From the IMG/VR virus record IMGVR_UViG_3300016471_001035, positions 1-64,000 of that record: a DNA stretch of 64,000 nt. One strand, 5' to 3'. The notes beneath the pieces were generated by a model. It was given only the letters and a program-made list of their open reading frames with translations, made no database searches and was not told the origin of the DNA. Shown in pieces: positions 8,468 to 16,810 of the stretch (within the stretch, counting starts at the first letter, position 1; each line of letters begins with the position of its first letter). This DNA comes from a virus. The translations under genes and the position numbers were made by a program.

Positions 8468-8760
8468 GTTGGGTGGCTCGTAAGATTTGTATGTCAGATG
8501 ATGTTAATCAAGATCAAGTTATCAAAGAGTACTTTGATAAGAAGGAGATGAAACTACTTGAAGAACAAGAGATTAAGAAGTTCTGGGAAGAGTATGGTGA
8601 TGAATACTATACAGGAGGCGAATAATGGATAAGCTTATACACTTCTGTTTGATGGTGTTAGCTAACCTCATTGCTCTGGCCATCTACGCACTTGTGAGTA
8701 TTACTATCTGGAAGAGCATTTGGTAGTTGCCGTTAACCCAAGTTCCATTATAATAGGAGG

Positions 8761-8988
8761 ATGATGAATAACACAGTAACCGTTGAATTGCCTCGGGCTG
8801 AGAAGGCTGAGGATAGTACAGGAGGTAAGGTAGGCTATTGCATCGGCACCCTTCTTAACCTCAAACAAATGATGCATATCAATTCTGGTAGGGGTGGTGA
8901 GGGAGTGTTCTCTCAGTCTGAGATGCTCCAACAGATCGATAAGGTTATCGACAAGCTAGATCAGATCACTTACCCTTACGCGGTTTAA
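8761..8988 (+). CDS. hypothetical early protein
   Basis: TTGCCG-N16-TATAAT-N6-ATG. Confidence 0.6.
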   Translation: MMNNTVTVELPRAEKAEDSTGGKVGYCIGTLLNLKQMMHINSGRGGEGVFSQSEMLQQIDKVIDKLDQITYPYAV

Positions 8989-9142
8989 ATATGGCTAACC
9001 TAAACAAATACGCGGCTATTGAACAGCTCAAGGGATTGAAGTGTTGGGTGGAGAATAACTCTCTGGTAAAAGATCGCGACAAGAGCATTATTACTAACAA
9101 TATCAAAAACGTGATCACATTACTGGAGCCGGTAACTAATAA

Positions 9143-9373
9143 ATGAAAGAACCATATGATGGAAAGAACGAAGGTCTTACTAGTAGTGAATTGGATTGTA
9201 AAAAGATTAAATGGATGGTCGACCACTCTCCTGAGTGGGATTATGAGAACGTTAGCTTGGAAGATTACCTTGAAACCGTTCCTGACTATCCCACGGACGA
9301 ACAGGTGGAAGGCTACAACCATCTCAGCGTGGCCGTTAAGCCTATCGTTAAGAAAGAGGAGTCTGTCTCATGA
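9143..9373 (+). CDS. hypothetical protein
   Basis: ORF track; overlaps next start. Confidence 0.5.
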   Translation: MKEPYDGKNEGLTSSELDCKKIKWMVDHSPEWDYENVSLEDYLETVPDYPTDEQVEGYNHLSVAVKPIVKKEESVS

Positions 9374-9561
9374 GTAACCAGGACGAACTTCGTGACATCT
9401 TCGCCGCTCTAGCCATGCACGCTTTAATCAACCAAGAGGCAGCTACCCCTAAGTGGGTGGCCCATCAAGCATACAAGTATGCAGACGCCATGTTAATTGA
9501 ACGGATGTCTACCCTTGAAGAATATGACCAAGTCAGCCATAATAAGGAGAGTAAGAAATGA
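9370..9561 (+). CDS. small phage protein, LRD.FAA.AM...AY.YADAML..R family
   Basis: Recognisable widespread phage motif. Confidence 0.7.
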   Translation: MSNQDELRDIFAALAMHALINQEAATPKWVAHQAYKYADAMLIERMSTLEEYDQVSHNKESKK

Positions 9562-10244
9562 GTACTAACATTACCGGAGAGGTGACTCAAAAGCTTGTCG
9601 AGGCATTTGAGTTCTTTAATAAAGAGCTCGACACTAACCTGGATACGCCTGTCTTCACGCTCATCCCCAATCGTGGTCGTCAGAGTTATTATGGATGGTA
9701 TTGGGCGGGACGCTGGAAGGATGGTAAGAAGACGTTACCCGAGATTAATATTACCGCTGATACTCTCAAGCGATCTGTTGAAGACGTCTGTGAGACTCTC
9801 ATCCATGAGATGGCCCATTATAAGAACTCGGTTGAAGAGATCGTTGATTGTAATGTCAATCAGTATCATAACAAGGCATTCAAGAAGAGGGCTGAGGCTT
9901 TTGGTCTTAAAGTCGAACGCATGAAGAACAAAGGCTATGCGAAGACTTCTCTTGATGAGAAGGGTAACAACCTGGTCAAGAAGTATAAGAATAAGTTCTG
10001 TAAAGACGATAAGAATCCGTTTCATGTCTATCGGGTAAGTGAAGAGCGCATCAGTACAGTTAAGTCGAACAAGCGCTTCATTGCTGTAGACAAGAACCTA
10101 GCCGAAGAGGTAGAGCAATTGTATGGTGATCAGTCATTGAGGGCTACTGTTGAGAACTTAATGAGGTCAGCCATCAGTGAGCATCACATCTATGAGTCCA
10201 AGGCTAGTGGCAGTAGGTACTCGGAGTTGGAGCAAATGGCATGA
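9558..10244 (+). CDS. SprT-like zinc metalloprotease
   Basis: ETLIHEMAH zincin motif, YHNKAFKKRA second His, upstream EINI strand. Confidence 0.8.
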   Translation: MSTNITGEVTQKLVEAFEFFNKELDTNLDTPVFTLIPNRGRQSYYGWYWAGRWKDGKKTLPEINITADTLKRSVEDVCETLIHEMAHYKNSVEEIVDCNVNQYHNKAFKKRAEAFGLKVERMKNKGYAKTSLDEKGNNLVKKYKNKFCKDDKNPFHVYRVSEERISTVKSNKRFIAVDKNLAEEVEQLYGDQSLRATVENLMRSAISEHHIYESKASGSRYSELEQMA

Positions 10245-10444
10245 GTATCGATATCTTCTTAGCCCTTGGTGTCACCCTGGTGATGTTGACATTCCTCTTG
10301 ACGTATAGGTTCTAATCATATACAATATGGTAAGTAAGATGGTTAATATGTTTATGAGTTATGGGTTCAATGCTTTGGGCCTAGACAACATGGTAGACTT
10401 ACTCTTCATCTTAATCATTCTAACCCCCCTGGTAACACTATCCT

Positions 10445-10744
10445 ATGACACAAACAATTAACGGTATTGAGTATAAAGTAATCCCCACGGAGTTTAACAA
10501 GAAGGGCTTTCACTACAAGCAAGTCCGTAGAGATGGAATGAAGGCTATCTTTGAGCAGACCCGTAATGGTACCGAGCTAAAGAACTATGAGGTGGTAAAG
10601 CTAGGCAGACATAATGGGTATGTGATGGGTGGTGTGAAGATAGAGCCAGCCGAGACCTATCCAGGTAGTTCATTGTGGGGCATTACGGGATGGACTTGTC
10701 AGAGTATTGATAGAGCTCTCAATCGATACAATCAATTAGACTAA
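10445..10744 (+). CDS. hypothetical phage protein
   Basis: YEVV...E.YPGSS.WG..GWT motif seen in conserved phage hypotheticals. Confidence 0.6.
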   Translation: MTQTINGIEYKVIPTEFNKKGFHYKQVRRDGMKAIFEQTRNGTELKNYEVVKLGRHNGYVMGGVKIEPAETYPGSSLWGITGWTCQSIDRALNRYNQLD

Positions 10745-10751
10745 TCCGATT

Positions 10752-10824
10752 GGGCGTATAGCTCAGCGGTCAGAGCAGGAAACTCATAATTTCTTGGTCC
10801 TAGGTTCAAATCCTAGTACGCCCA
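10752..10824 (+). tRNA. tRNA-Ile2 (CAT, lysidine type); Met not excluded; no encoded CCA
   Basis: Cloverleaf GGGCGTA/TACGCCC, D-arm GCTCAGCGGTCAGAGC, anticodon loop CTCATAA, T-loop TTCAAAT; AGCAGG..ACTCATAAT..CTTGGTC core resembles bacterial tRNA-Ile2. Confidence 0.9.
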
Positions 10825-10850
10825 AGCCCTTTCATATACAATAGATCATA

Positions 10851-11039
10851 ATGGACAATACAGACGTAAAGGTACTATCAGCTATGGAGTACTTCTTAAC
10901 TAGAAAGAAGACTATAGAGCGTTACATTGAAGGTGAACATAAATGGTTTGGTGATGTGACTAGTAGTAAGACTATCACGTATGTGGACGAGCCTAGACCG
11001 TGGTACTTAGAAGAGAGTGGTGTGTCTAAAAACAAGTAG
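10851..11039 (+). CDS. hypothetical protein
   Basis: ORF track. Confidence 0.45.
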   Translation: MDNTDVKVLSAMEYFLTRKKTIERYIEGEHKWFGDVTSSKTITYVDEPRPWYLEESGVSKNK

Positions 11040-11091
11040 TGTGTCTAGAACCCCTTAGTGGGTCTAAAACCCCCCACGGGGATATATCCCC
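11016..11091. repeat. three 19-bp-period repeats plus a perfect palindrome
   Basis: TRGTGKGTCTARAA x3 (11016-11069); GGGGATATATCCCC (11078-11091). Confidence 0.7.
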
Positions 11092-11203
11092 AGTACGGGA
11101 ATTTATAGATATAGAAGAAAAGGTTTGTTTTCTATATAGGTGCATGCCAAAAATTTTTTAGCTAAATCTATATATAACTCTTATTAGGTTTTACATTATT
11201 GTG

Positions 11204-11893
11204 TTATTCGTACATAATGTTTACGCTTCCATTATTAAATTGATCTGTTCCATTAGTAGTAGTTACGCTAACACGATCAAGAGCTTGTCCAAGACTTATT
11301 CTTGACACTATATTGTAAAGAGCAGATGGAGAATCTAGATTGCTTCCTAAACCGGTGCCAATCCATGTGTTGTCAGAAAGATTATTAATTACAATTGTAC
11401 CGGTACGCGTATCTGAGGATGAAGCGCCCCCTATTAAGATTCCTGTAGGAGAAGAAATTGGACTGGCACCAGTATGTGAAGTTCCACCAACATAGCCAGA
11501 TGCAACAATACCGCTACTTGTCCCAACTCTTAATATTACACTTGCAGTTCCATTTGTTCTTAAGCTTGTCCACATAACAGTGATTCGTTTTGCTGTAGAA
11601 GGTATACCGGTAAAAAGAATAGCTGTTCCAGAAGCTGTAACCACACTCCGTTGTGTTATGGTTATATACCTACTATCATTAGTTAGTTGACTTACAGCAG
11701 TAGGTATAGTAGGCCTATTAATTAAATCATTATAACTACCTGTTGTAGCTACGGTGGCCAAACCTAGTGCCGTCTTAATCTGCGCTAATGATGCTTTATA
11801 AGTTGAAGGTGTAGCACCTGTTGTACTAAATGGAAATACATCATTATTAGTAGGCGCCTGTCCAGTTAAATTATTAATCGTTACGTCTGCCAT
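11204..11893 (-). CDS. MADVTI-family fibre/adhesin, tip class 3
   Basis: MADVTI module; ATVATTGSYNDL..RP and SQLTND fibre repeats; TASGT...FTGIPS.AKRITV...GSVNIMYE tip. Confidence 0.7.
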   Translation of the reverse strand: MADVTINNLTGQAPTNNDVFPFSTTGATPSTYKASLAQIKTALGLATVATTGSYNDLINRPTIPTAVSQLTNDSRYITITQRSVVTASGTAILFTGIPSTAKRITVMWTSLRTNGTASVILRVGTSSGIVASGYVGGTSHTGASPISSPTGILIGGASSSDTRTGTIVINNLSDNTWIGTGLGSNLDSPSALYNIVSRISLGQALDRVSVTTTNGTDQFNNGSVNIMYE

Positions 11894-11901
11894 ATTAGTA
11901 T

Positions 11902-12321
11902 TTAATTTCCATATATTACAATATATACAGGATTACAATCATAGTATGCACCTCTTACATTATCATAACCTGCACCGATAACAACAGATTCCACAGTAGG
12001 ACTCTGTGCAAAATATACAGATATACCGGACCCTGTATTTGTATTAGCTGTTACATTTACAACATATTTGTTGTCTCTCATTGGTGTACTAAAGTAGATC
12101 GTGTATATACCGGTTCCATTTCTTACAACACTTTGAACATTATAAGAGGAATTAATTGTAGCCGAAGAGCCATTAAAGCTAACCCATGCCTTAGGTATAA
12201 AAGGTAACGAACTTAGCTGTGCCAACGTTGTTGAAAAAGTAACACCGTCTTTACTAATAGGTAGAATACTAGCAGAGGTAGGTACAGTATTGGTTAATTG
12301 GGATATTGTTACATCGGCCAT
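11902..12321 (-). CDS. MADVTI-family fibre/adhesin, tip class 2
   Basis: PKAWV.FNG....I.SSYNV.SV.R.GTG.Y...F...M.D..Y.V tip. Confidence 0.7.
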   Translation of the reverse strand: MADVTISQLTNTVPTSASILPISKDGVTFSTTLAQLSSLPFIPKAWVSFNGSSATINSSYNVQSVVRNGTGIYTIYFSTPMRDNKYVVNVTANTNTGSGISVYFAQSPTVESVVIGAGYDNVRGAYYDCNPVYIVIYGN

Positions 12322-12326
12322 ATCAA

Positions 12327-12368
12327 ATATTTAATAATCTGAACCGTGCTAATTCACTACGTTCGTAA
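12327..12368 (-). repeat. 42-bp inter-cassette repeat, copy A
   Basis: Minus strand TTACGAACGTAGTGAATTAGCACGGTTCAGATTATTAAATAT; 3 differences from copies B/C. Confidence 0.9.
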
Positions 12369-12369
12369 T

Positions 12370-13002
12370 TTATAATGCTAGCTCAACAGCAATAATATTT
12401 GAAGTTGTGGCGTGTCTATAACCTGATTCCCATCTACCAACGTTTTTGACCCACGGTTGACCACCGTTAGTTGTAGGGTTAATTAACCAGATTGAATAGG
12501 TCACCGGTAGTATGGTATTTGGACTATCTACATACATAAACGTATGTGGTATTTGATATGCATAAAACGAGTGTGACATAGCATTGCCCTCTGCATTTGG
12601 CGTATAAGATGTACTGCCTACTGTATACGGTGTAAGACTGGCAGAATATACACGCTGTCTTGTTTGGTTATCAATAGATCTATAGAGACGTGATACTACA
12701 GAGATATTTTCTGTAGCACCCTTTAGATCATACCAAACTAAAATTTGACTTGCTGTATATTTTGGAGTAATAGTTACAGTCATATTTGTTACCTGATATT
12801 CTGTAGTACCGTTTGCAAAATTAATTACTTGATGATCATTATTTGGTGATTGCACTATGTTAAATAGTGCTCCTAGAGGTATACATGAGGCAGTTAAACT
12901 AGATGCAAGCGTTTTAAAAGTATTGGTACCATTGCTGAAAGGTATTACGTTATCACCACTAGGTGTAGATGTATCTAGTTGCGATATTGTTACGTCTGCC
13001 AT
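12370..13002 (-). CDS. MADVTI-family fibre/adhesin, tip class 1 (divergent)
   Basis: VTITPKYTASQILV...DSPNT..PVTY...IIAVELA. Confidence 0.7.
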   Translation of the reverse strand: MADVTISQLDTSTPSGDNVIPFSNGTNTFKTLASSLTASCIPLGALFNIVQSPNNDHQVINFANGTTEYQVTNMTVTITPKYTASQILVWYDLKGATENISVVSRLYRSIDNQTRQRVYSASLTPYTVGSTSYTPNAEGNAMSHSFYAYQIPHTFMYVDSPNTILPVTYSIWLINPTTNGGQPWVKNVGRWESGYRHATTSNIIAVELAL

Positions 13003-13007
13003 ATTAG

Positions 13008-13049
13008 ATATTTAATAATCTGAACCGTGCTAATTCGCTTCGCTCGTAA
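13008..13049 (-). repeat. 42-bp inter-cassette repeat, copy B
   Basis: Minus strand TTACGAGCGAAGCGAATTAGCACGGTTCAGATTATTAAATAT. Confidence 0.9.
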
Positions 13050-13057
13050 GGATAGCC

Positions 13058-13705
13058 CTACCCGGCAATTTCCATTAATGTAAGGGTAGATGCATATCTA
13101 CCTTCAAAATCATTTGAAGAGCGATTAATATACCAGTTTGTAGCATTGCTAGCAAACTGTACTTTATATATATGCGTGCCTCCCCCGGGTGTATCTAAAA
13201 AATTCATTACATGCGCTCTTGCATGATTACCATCTCCAAAAAATGAACTTGGAGTTGATGCTTGTATTTTACCTGATGCCGCGTCACCCACACATATTGG
13301 TGTACTGCCTCTTACAAGCCTAGAAAATAGAGAACCTGCATTTGACCCACCATTACCGGTGAACATAACTAATACTTTATTATTTGACGAACGCATAGTA
13401 ATAGAGGTGCTTAAACCTATATCTGTAAATGTAAGAGCTCCTGTTGTACCTTGAAATACATCTGTTTTAACACTTGATTGTACTTGTACAACAGAGCCAG
13501 AAGGTAGAGAGGATATATAACCATTAGGGTTTGTTGTACCGTTATAGGGAGTATAACCTAATGCAGTAGTAATCTGTGCTGATGTCATTACTCCACATAC
13601 CTGGCTTAATGTTACCTTTCCTGTTGTAGATCCATCGGTAACCGGTAGAAATAAACCAGTAGAAGGTGCTAGAGGACTTAGATTATTAATCGTTACATCG
13701 GCCAT
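13058..13705 (-). CDS. MADVTI-family fibre/adhesin, tip class 1
   Basis: ITTALGYTPYN.TNPNGYIS linker; GSVVQVQS.VKTD...STLTLMEIAG. Confidence 0.7.
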   Translation of the reverse strand: MADVTINNLSPLAPSTGLFLPVTDGSTTGKVTLSQVCGVMTSAQITTALGYTPYNGTTNPNGYISSLPSGSVVQVQSSVKTDVFQGTTGALTFTDIGLSTSITMRSSNNKVLVMFTGNGGSNAGSLFSRLVRGSTPICVGDAASGKIQASTPSSFFGDGNHARAHVMNFLDTPGGGTHIYKVQFASNATNWYINRSSNDFEGRYASTLTLMEIAG

Positions 13706-13710
13706 ATATT

Positions 13711-13752
13711 ATATTTAATAATCTGAACCGTGCTAATTCGCTTCGCTCGTAA
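13711..13752 (-). repeat. 42-bp inter-cassette repeat, copy C
   Basis: Identical to copy B. Confidence 0.9.
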
Positions 13753-13792
13753 ATTATAACTCTTATTAGGTTCTACTTTACAGTAAAGTTAA

Positions 13793-14644
13793 CTATACTC
13801 TAGATATTGTAACTAATGATGTTGTCCAATAACCAGTAAATGCGTAAGTTGGACTAAAATACGAAGTACTCGAAGCATTAAAATCTATTAAATCTCCTGC
13901 AGTAAAAGAGCCTCCATAAACAAATACACCCGGACACCATCCGTCCCCCGTAGGTGCATACGAACGACGCTGACCAATTGAGCTACCATTTTTATTACAC
14001 TGTATAATAACTCTATCACTATTTGTACCGCCATTTCTTATACTAACATTAAAATTAAATTCTATTACATATGTTCCAGTTGTAGGAATTGTATAACGAT
14101 AATTAGTATTATCCCAAGAGCCCTCTCTAACGTATAAAGGGTTGTTTAATGCACATCTATAAAAAGTGCCAGGTGAGTTATTTGAAAATGTTTGATCTGT
14201 ACCGTTTATTAAAGCAAGCGGATTGATATTTTTACCATATATTCCTACAGATGATATTTTTAACCTTTCTGTTAAAGTATGTGGTACATCTTCTGCCGCA
14301 CAGTATATTTTAATTAAACCACCATCATTTGTAGTGTTGTTTGTATTTTCAGCCTGTATTCTTACTGCAGTATATTGGCCTACAGCAGCTTTTACGTCCA
14401 GATCTAAACTCGGACTTGTACCAGAGCTTCCTGTTTCCGGTGCTATTCTTAAGCCTGCAGTAGTATTACTAGCTATATCTAGTGCGTAAGTAGATGAAGT
14501 TGTTTTGTTAACATTTACATTTTTAGTATTTTGAAATATAGCCGATACCGGAACAGCCAAAGTATTTGAACCGGTACTAAATGGAATAGCTGCATTTCCT
14601 GACGGTGTGCCTTTCGGCAAAGAGGATATCGTTACGTCTGCCAT
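13793..14644 (-). CDS. MADVTI-family fibre with C1q-like C-terminal tip
   Basis: ERLKISS fibre motif; WDNTNYRYTIPTTGTYVIEF...KNG...AGDLIDF matches a C1q/TNF-like jelly roll. Confidence 0.65.
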   Translation of the reverse strand: MADVTISSLPKGTPSGNAAIPFSTGSNTLAVPVSAIFQNTKNVNVNKTTSSTYALDIASNTTAGLRIAPETGSSGTSPSLDLDVKAAVGQYTAVRIQAENTNNTTNDGGLIKIYCAAEDVPHTLTERLKISSVGIYGKNINPLALINGTDQTFSNNSPGTFYRCALNNPLYVREGSWDNTNYRYTIPTTGTYVIEFNFNVSIRNGGTNSDRVIIQCNKNGSSIGQRRSYAPTGDGWCPGVFVYGGSFTAGDLIDFNASSTSYFSPTYAFTGYWTTSLVTISRV

Positions 14645-14653
14645 ATCAATTAT

Positions 14654-15103
14654 TTAGGGGTGAAACACAACAAAGCTTCCAAATATATAATCTTGATATG
14701 CTGCATTAAAGCTCATTGTATAAAAATGAAATGCATCTACGGTAGGTGTCGGCATTGCAACATCAAAGCACGTCCCGCTCTGTACAACTATTAAATGATA
14801 CCCATCACCATTACATGTATTTCTACCTTGACCTAGAACAGTATAATGAACAGATGGCATTGGTGTGTTGAATTCAACCCTATATTTACCTTGTCCCAGG
14901 CGTGTTAGTGTCTTTATGTTATAGCTATTGAGTATCACTGCATTTGGATTAACACTATAATTACAAATAGCCTTTGGTATAAAGGGTAGCGAACTGAGCT
15001 GTGCCAACGTCGTTGATTGGGTAACCCCACCTTGGCTAATTGGTATAATACCGCCAGTATTAGGCGTTGCATTGGCTAATTGTGATATTGTTACATCGGC
15101 CAT
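14654..15103 (-). CDS. MADVTI-family fibre/adhesin, tip class 2
   Basis: STTLAQLSSLPFIPKA linker shared with 11902 and 15109. Confidence 0.7.
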   Translation of the reverse strand: MADVTISQLANATPNTGGIIPISQGGVTQSTTLAQLSSLPFIPKAICNYSVNPNAVILNSYNIKTLTRLGQGKYRVEFNTPMPSVHYTVLGQGRNTCNGDGYHLIVVQSGTCFDVAMPTPTVDAFHFYTMSFNAAYQDYIFGSFVVFHP

Positions 15104-15108
15104 AATCT

Positions 15109-15516
15109 TTACCTATAAATAACTACGTAAACTGAATTTGCATTATAAGCTACTGTCCACGGTAGCCCCGTCGTTATAGTTAAACTGCCTGCTGTTTGGC
15201 CTACTACGGAAGCTACATACTGACTATCACATGAACATGAAACAACATATTTGTTATCTAACATTGATTCACTAAAAAATACTGTATAGCTTCCTTGACT
15301 GTTTTTTGTAACACTAGAAACATTAAAAGAGGAATTTATTGGCGCGCTCCCTACCGCACCAGAACCATTAAAGTTAACCCATGCCTTAGGTATAAAAGGT
15401 AACGAACTTAGCTGTGCCAACGTAGTTGATAGGGTAACACCGTCTTTACTGATAGGCAAAATACTATTAGTAGTAGGTGTTGTGTTAGTTAATTGAGATA
15501 TCGTTACATCGGCCAT
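15109..15516 (-). CDS. MADVTI-family fibre/adhesin, tip class 2
   Basis: PKAWVNFNG...SSFNVSSVT...G.YTV.F; ~48 bp identical to the 11902 gene. Confidence 0.7.
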   Translation of the reverse strand: MADVTISQLTNTTPTTNSILPISKDGVTLSTTLAQLSSLPFIPKAWVNFNGSGAVGSAPINSSFNVSSVTKNSQGSYTVFFSESMLDNKYVVSCSCDSQYVASVVGQTAGSLTITTGLPWTVAYNANSVYVVIYR

Positions 15517-15517
15517 A

Positions 15518-16252
15518 TTACCACCTCAATATTACTACTCCATTTTTACCGGGACCTGATCCCGACGTACCTCCTGATGCACCGCCGGTGCCTACGTTTA
15601 TTGTCAGCACTTGTCCTGGTGTAACTGTTAAAAATCCCATTGCATAACCCCCGCCGGCACCAGCCCATCCTGTATTGCCTCCCGGATTGCCGGGAGTTCC
15701 AATACCGCCCCCTCCATAATATTTGAACCCCAATGGCCTATGTCCTTGACCTCCATATTGATACCAACCTCTACCATCAGTGTTAGACCCGGCCATGATC
15801 CAGCTATTATCCTGATTGCCTGCATTGTATCCAGTATCATTACCATTAATACTTAAAGATACTAAAGCACCGGTGCAGGTACCGCCTATTCCTGGTACGT
15901 TATCTCCGTTGCCTCTACCTCCATTTGCAACTATATCATAGCCGGTTATAGATGATGCGGTACCCGCGACACCTCTATTAAATCTTGCACCCCCGCCCCC
16001 TCCACCTCCTACAAGATGTGCTTCAATGCGAGTTGTATCAGCAGGTACTGTAAATGTACCTGAGGTCTCGAAAATCTGTATACCTCTCATACCGGCATTT
16101 AAAGGTATAGACGGCTTATTTGTCAGGCTATTATAATCTACTTGCAAAGCTGATAATTGTGCTTTACCGGTTGTACTTCCATTTGATATAGGGACATACA
16201 AAGGCCCGGTTGGGCTAAGATCACTTAACTCTGTTATAGATACATCGGCCAT
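15518..16252 (-). CDS. MADV(S)I-family protein with glycine-rich tail domain
   Basis: FETSGTFTVP...VGGGGGGG...GAGGGYA...VTPGQ...VGTGG...GVVILRW. Confidence 0.7.
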   Translation of the reverse strand: MADVSITELSDLSPTGPLYVPISNGSTTGKAQLSALQVDYNSLTNKPSIPLNAGMRGIQIFETSGTFTVPADTTRIEAHLVGGGGGGGARFNRGVAGTASSITGYDIVANGGRGNGDNVPGIGGTCTGALVSLSINGNDTGYNAGNQDNSWIMAGSNTDGRGWYQYGGQGHRPLGFKYYGGGGIGTPGNPGGNTGWAGAGGGYAMGFLTVTPGQVLTINVGTGGASGGTSGSGPGKNGVVILRW

Positions 16253-16289
16253 TTAAATATTTAATATATTGTTACTATAAATATTAATA

Positions 16290-16637
16290 GTGAATAAGGA
16301 CTGTCATTTAATATATGAGGCATATACTAGCCCGGGTACTCCTACAGTACCTACTTCACCGACAACAACTAATATACCTTTAGCACAGGCTGTTAATAAA
16401 CCTACCGGACCGGCTTCACCCTCTACGAAAGCAGAGGAGGCAGAAAAGAAGACAAAAGAAAAATCAATTACTCTAACAGATATAGATTCAGATAGAAAAG
16501 CAATACATGCTGCATACGATATTGTCGAAGCAATTTATAAGACGGTTGACAACTTTGATCGCGCTACTCAAGTTATTGCTGCAATAGCTTCTGTACACCG
16601 TAACGAACGTAAGAGGCAATCTACTCTCAAAAAATGA
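16290..16637 (+). CDS. late hypothetical protein, putative head-internal
   Basis: TATAAATA upstream; N-terminus MNKDCHLIYEAY. Confidence 0.55.
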   Translation: MNKDCHLIYEAYTSPGTPTVPTSPTTTNIPLAQAVNKPTGPASPSTKAEEAEKKTKEKSITLTDIDSDRKAIHAAYDIVEAIYKTVDNFDRATQVIAAIASVHRNERKRQSTLKK

Positions 16638-16810
16638 AATCTTTTAAAGAATATTTTTTGTTAGAAAAAAAGAGTAAACGTAAAAAAAGAAGACGTTATA
16701 AGTTTAAGCCATTGAGGCAATACTATGGATATCCGTTTTGGGGACCCGGTTATTATGCTGATACCCTAGGCGGGTTAGGTGGTGGTGATGGTGGTTCGGG
16801 GGGAGAATAA
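16634..16810 (+). CDS. small basic/Gly-tailed protein (58 aa, not in ORF track)
   Basis: MKSFKEYFLLEKKSKRKKRRRY...GGGDGGSGGE; T4 CTS-like N-terminus. Confidence 0.6.
   Translation: MKSFKEYFLLEKKSKRKKRRRYKFKPLRQYYGYPFWGPGYYADTLGGLGGGDGGSGGE

Noticed and set aside
12327-13752. 42-bp repeats as a CRISPR array
   Set aside because: The intervals are whole 640-660-bp genes, not 30-40-bp spacers, and no cas genes are present.
110-16252. Diversity-generating retroelement or shufflon acting on the MADVTI genes
   Set aside because: No reverse transcriptase or invertase in the window, no TR/VR pair differing only at adenines, and each gene is complete with its own start.
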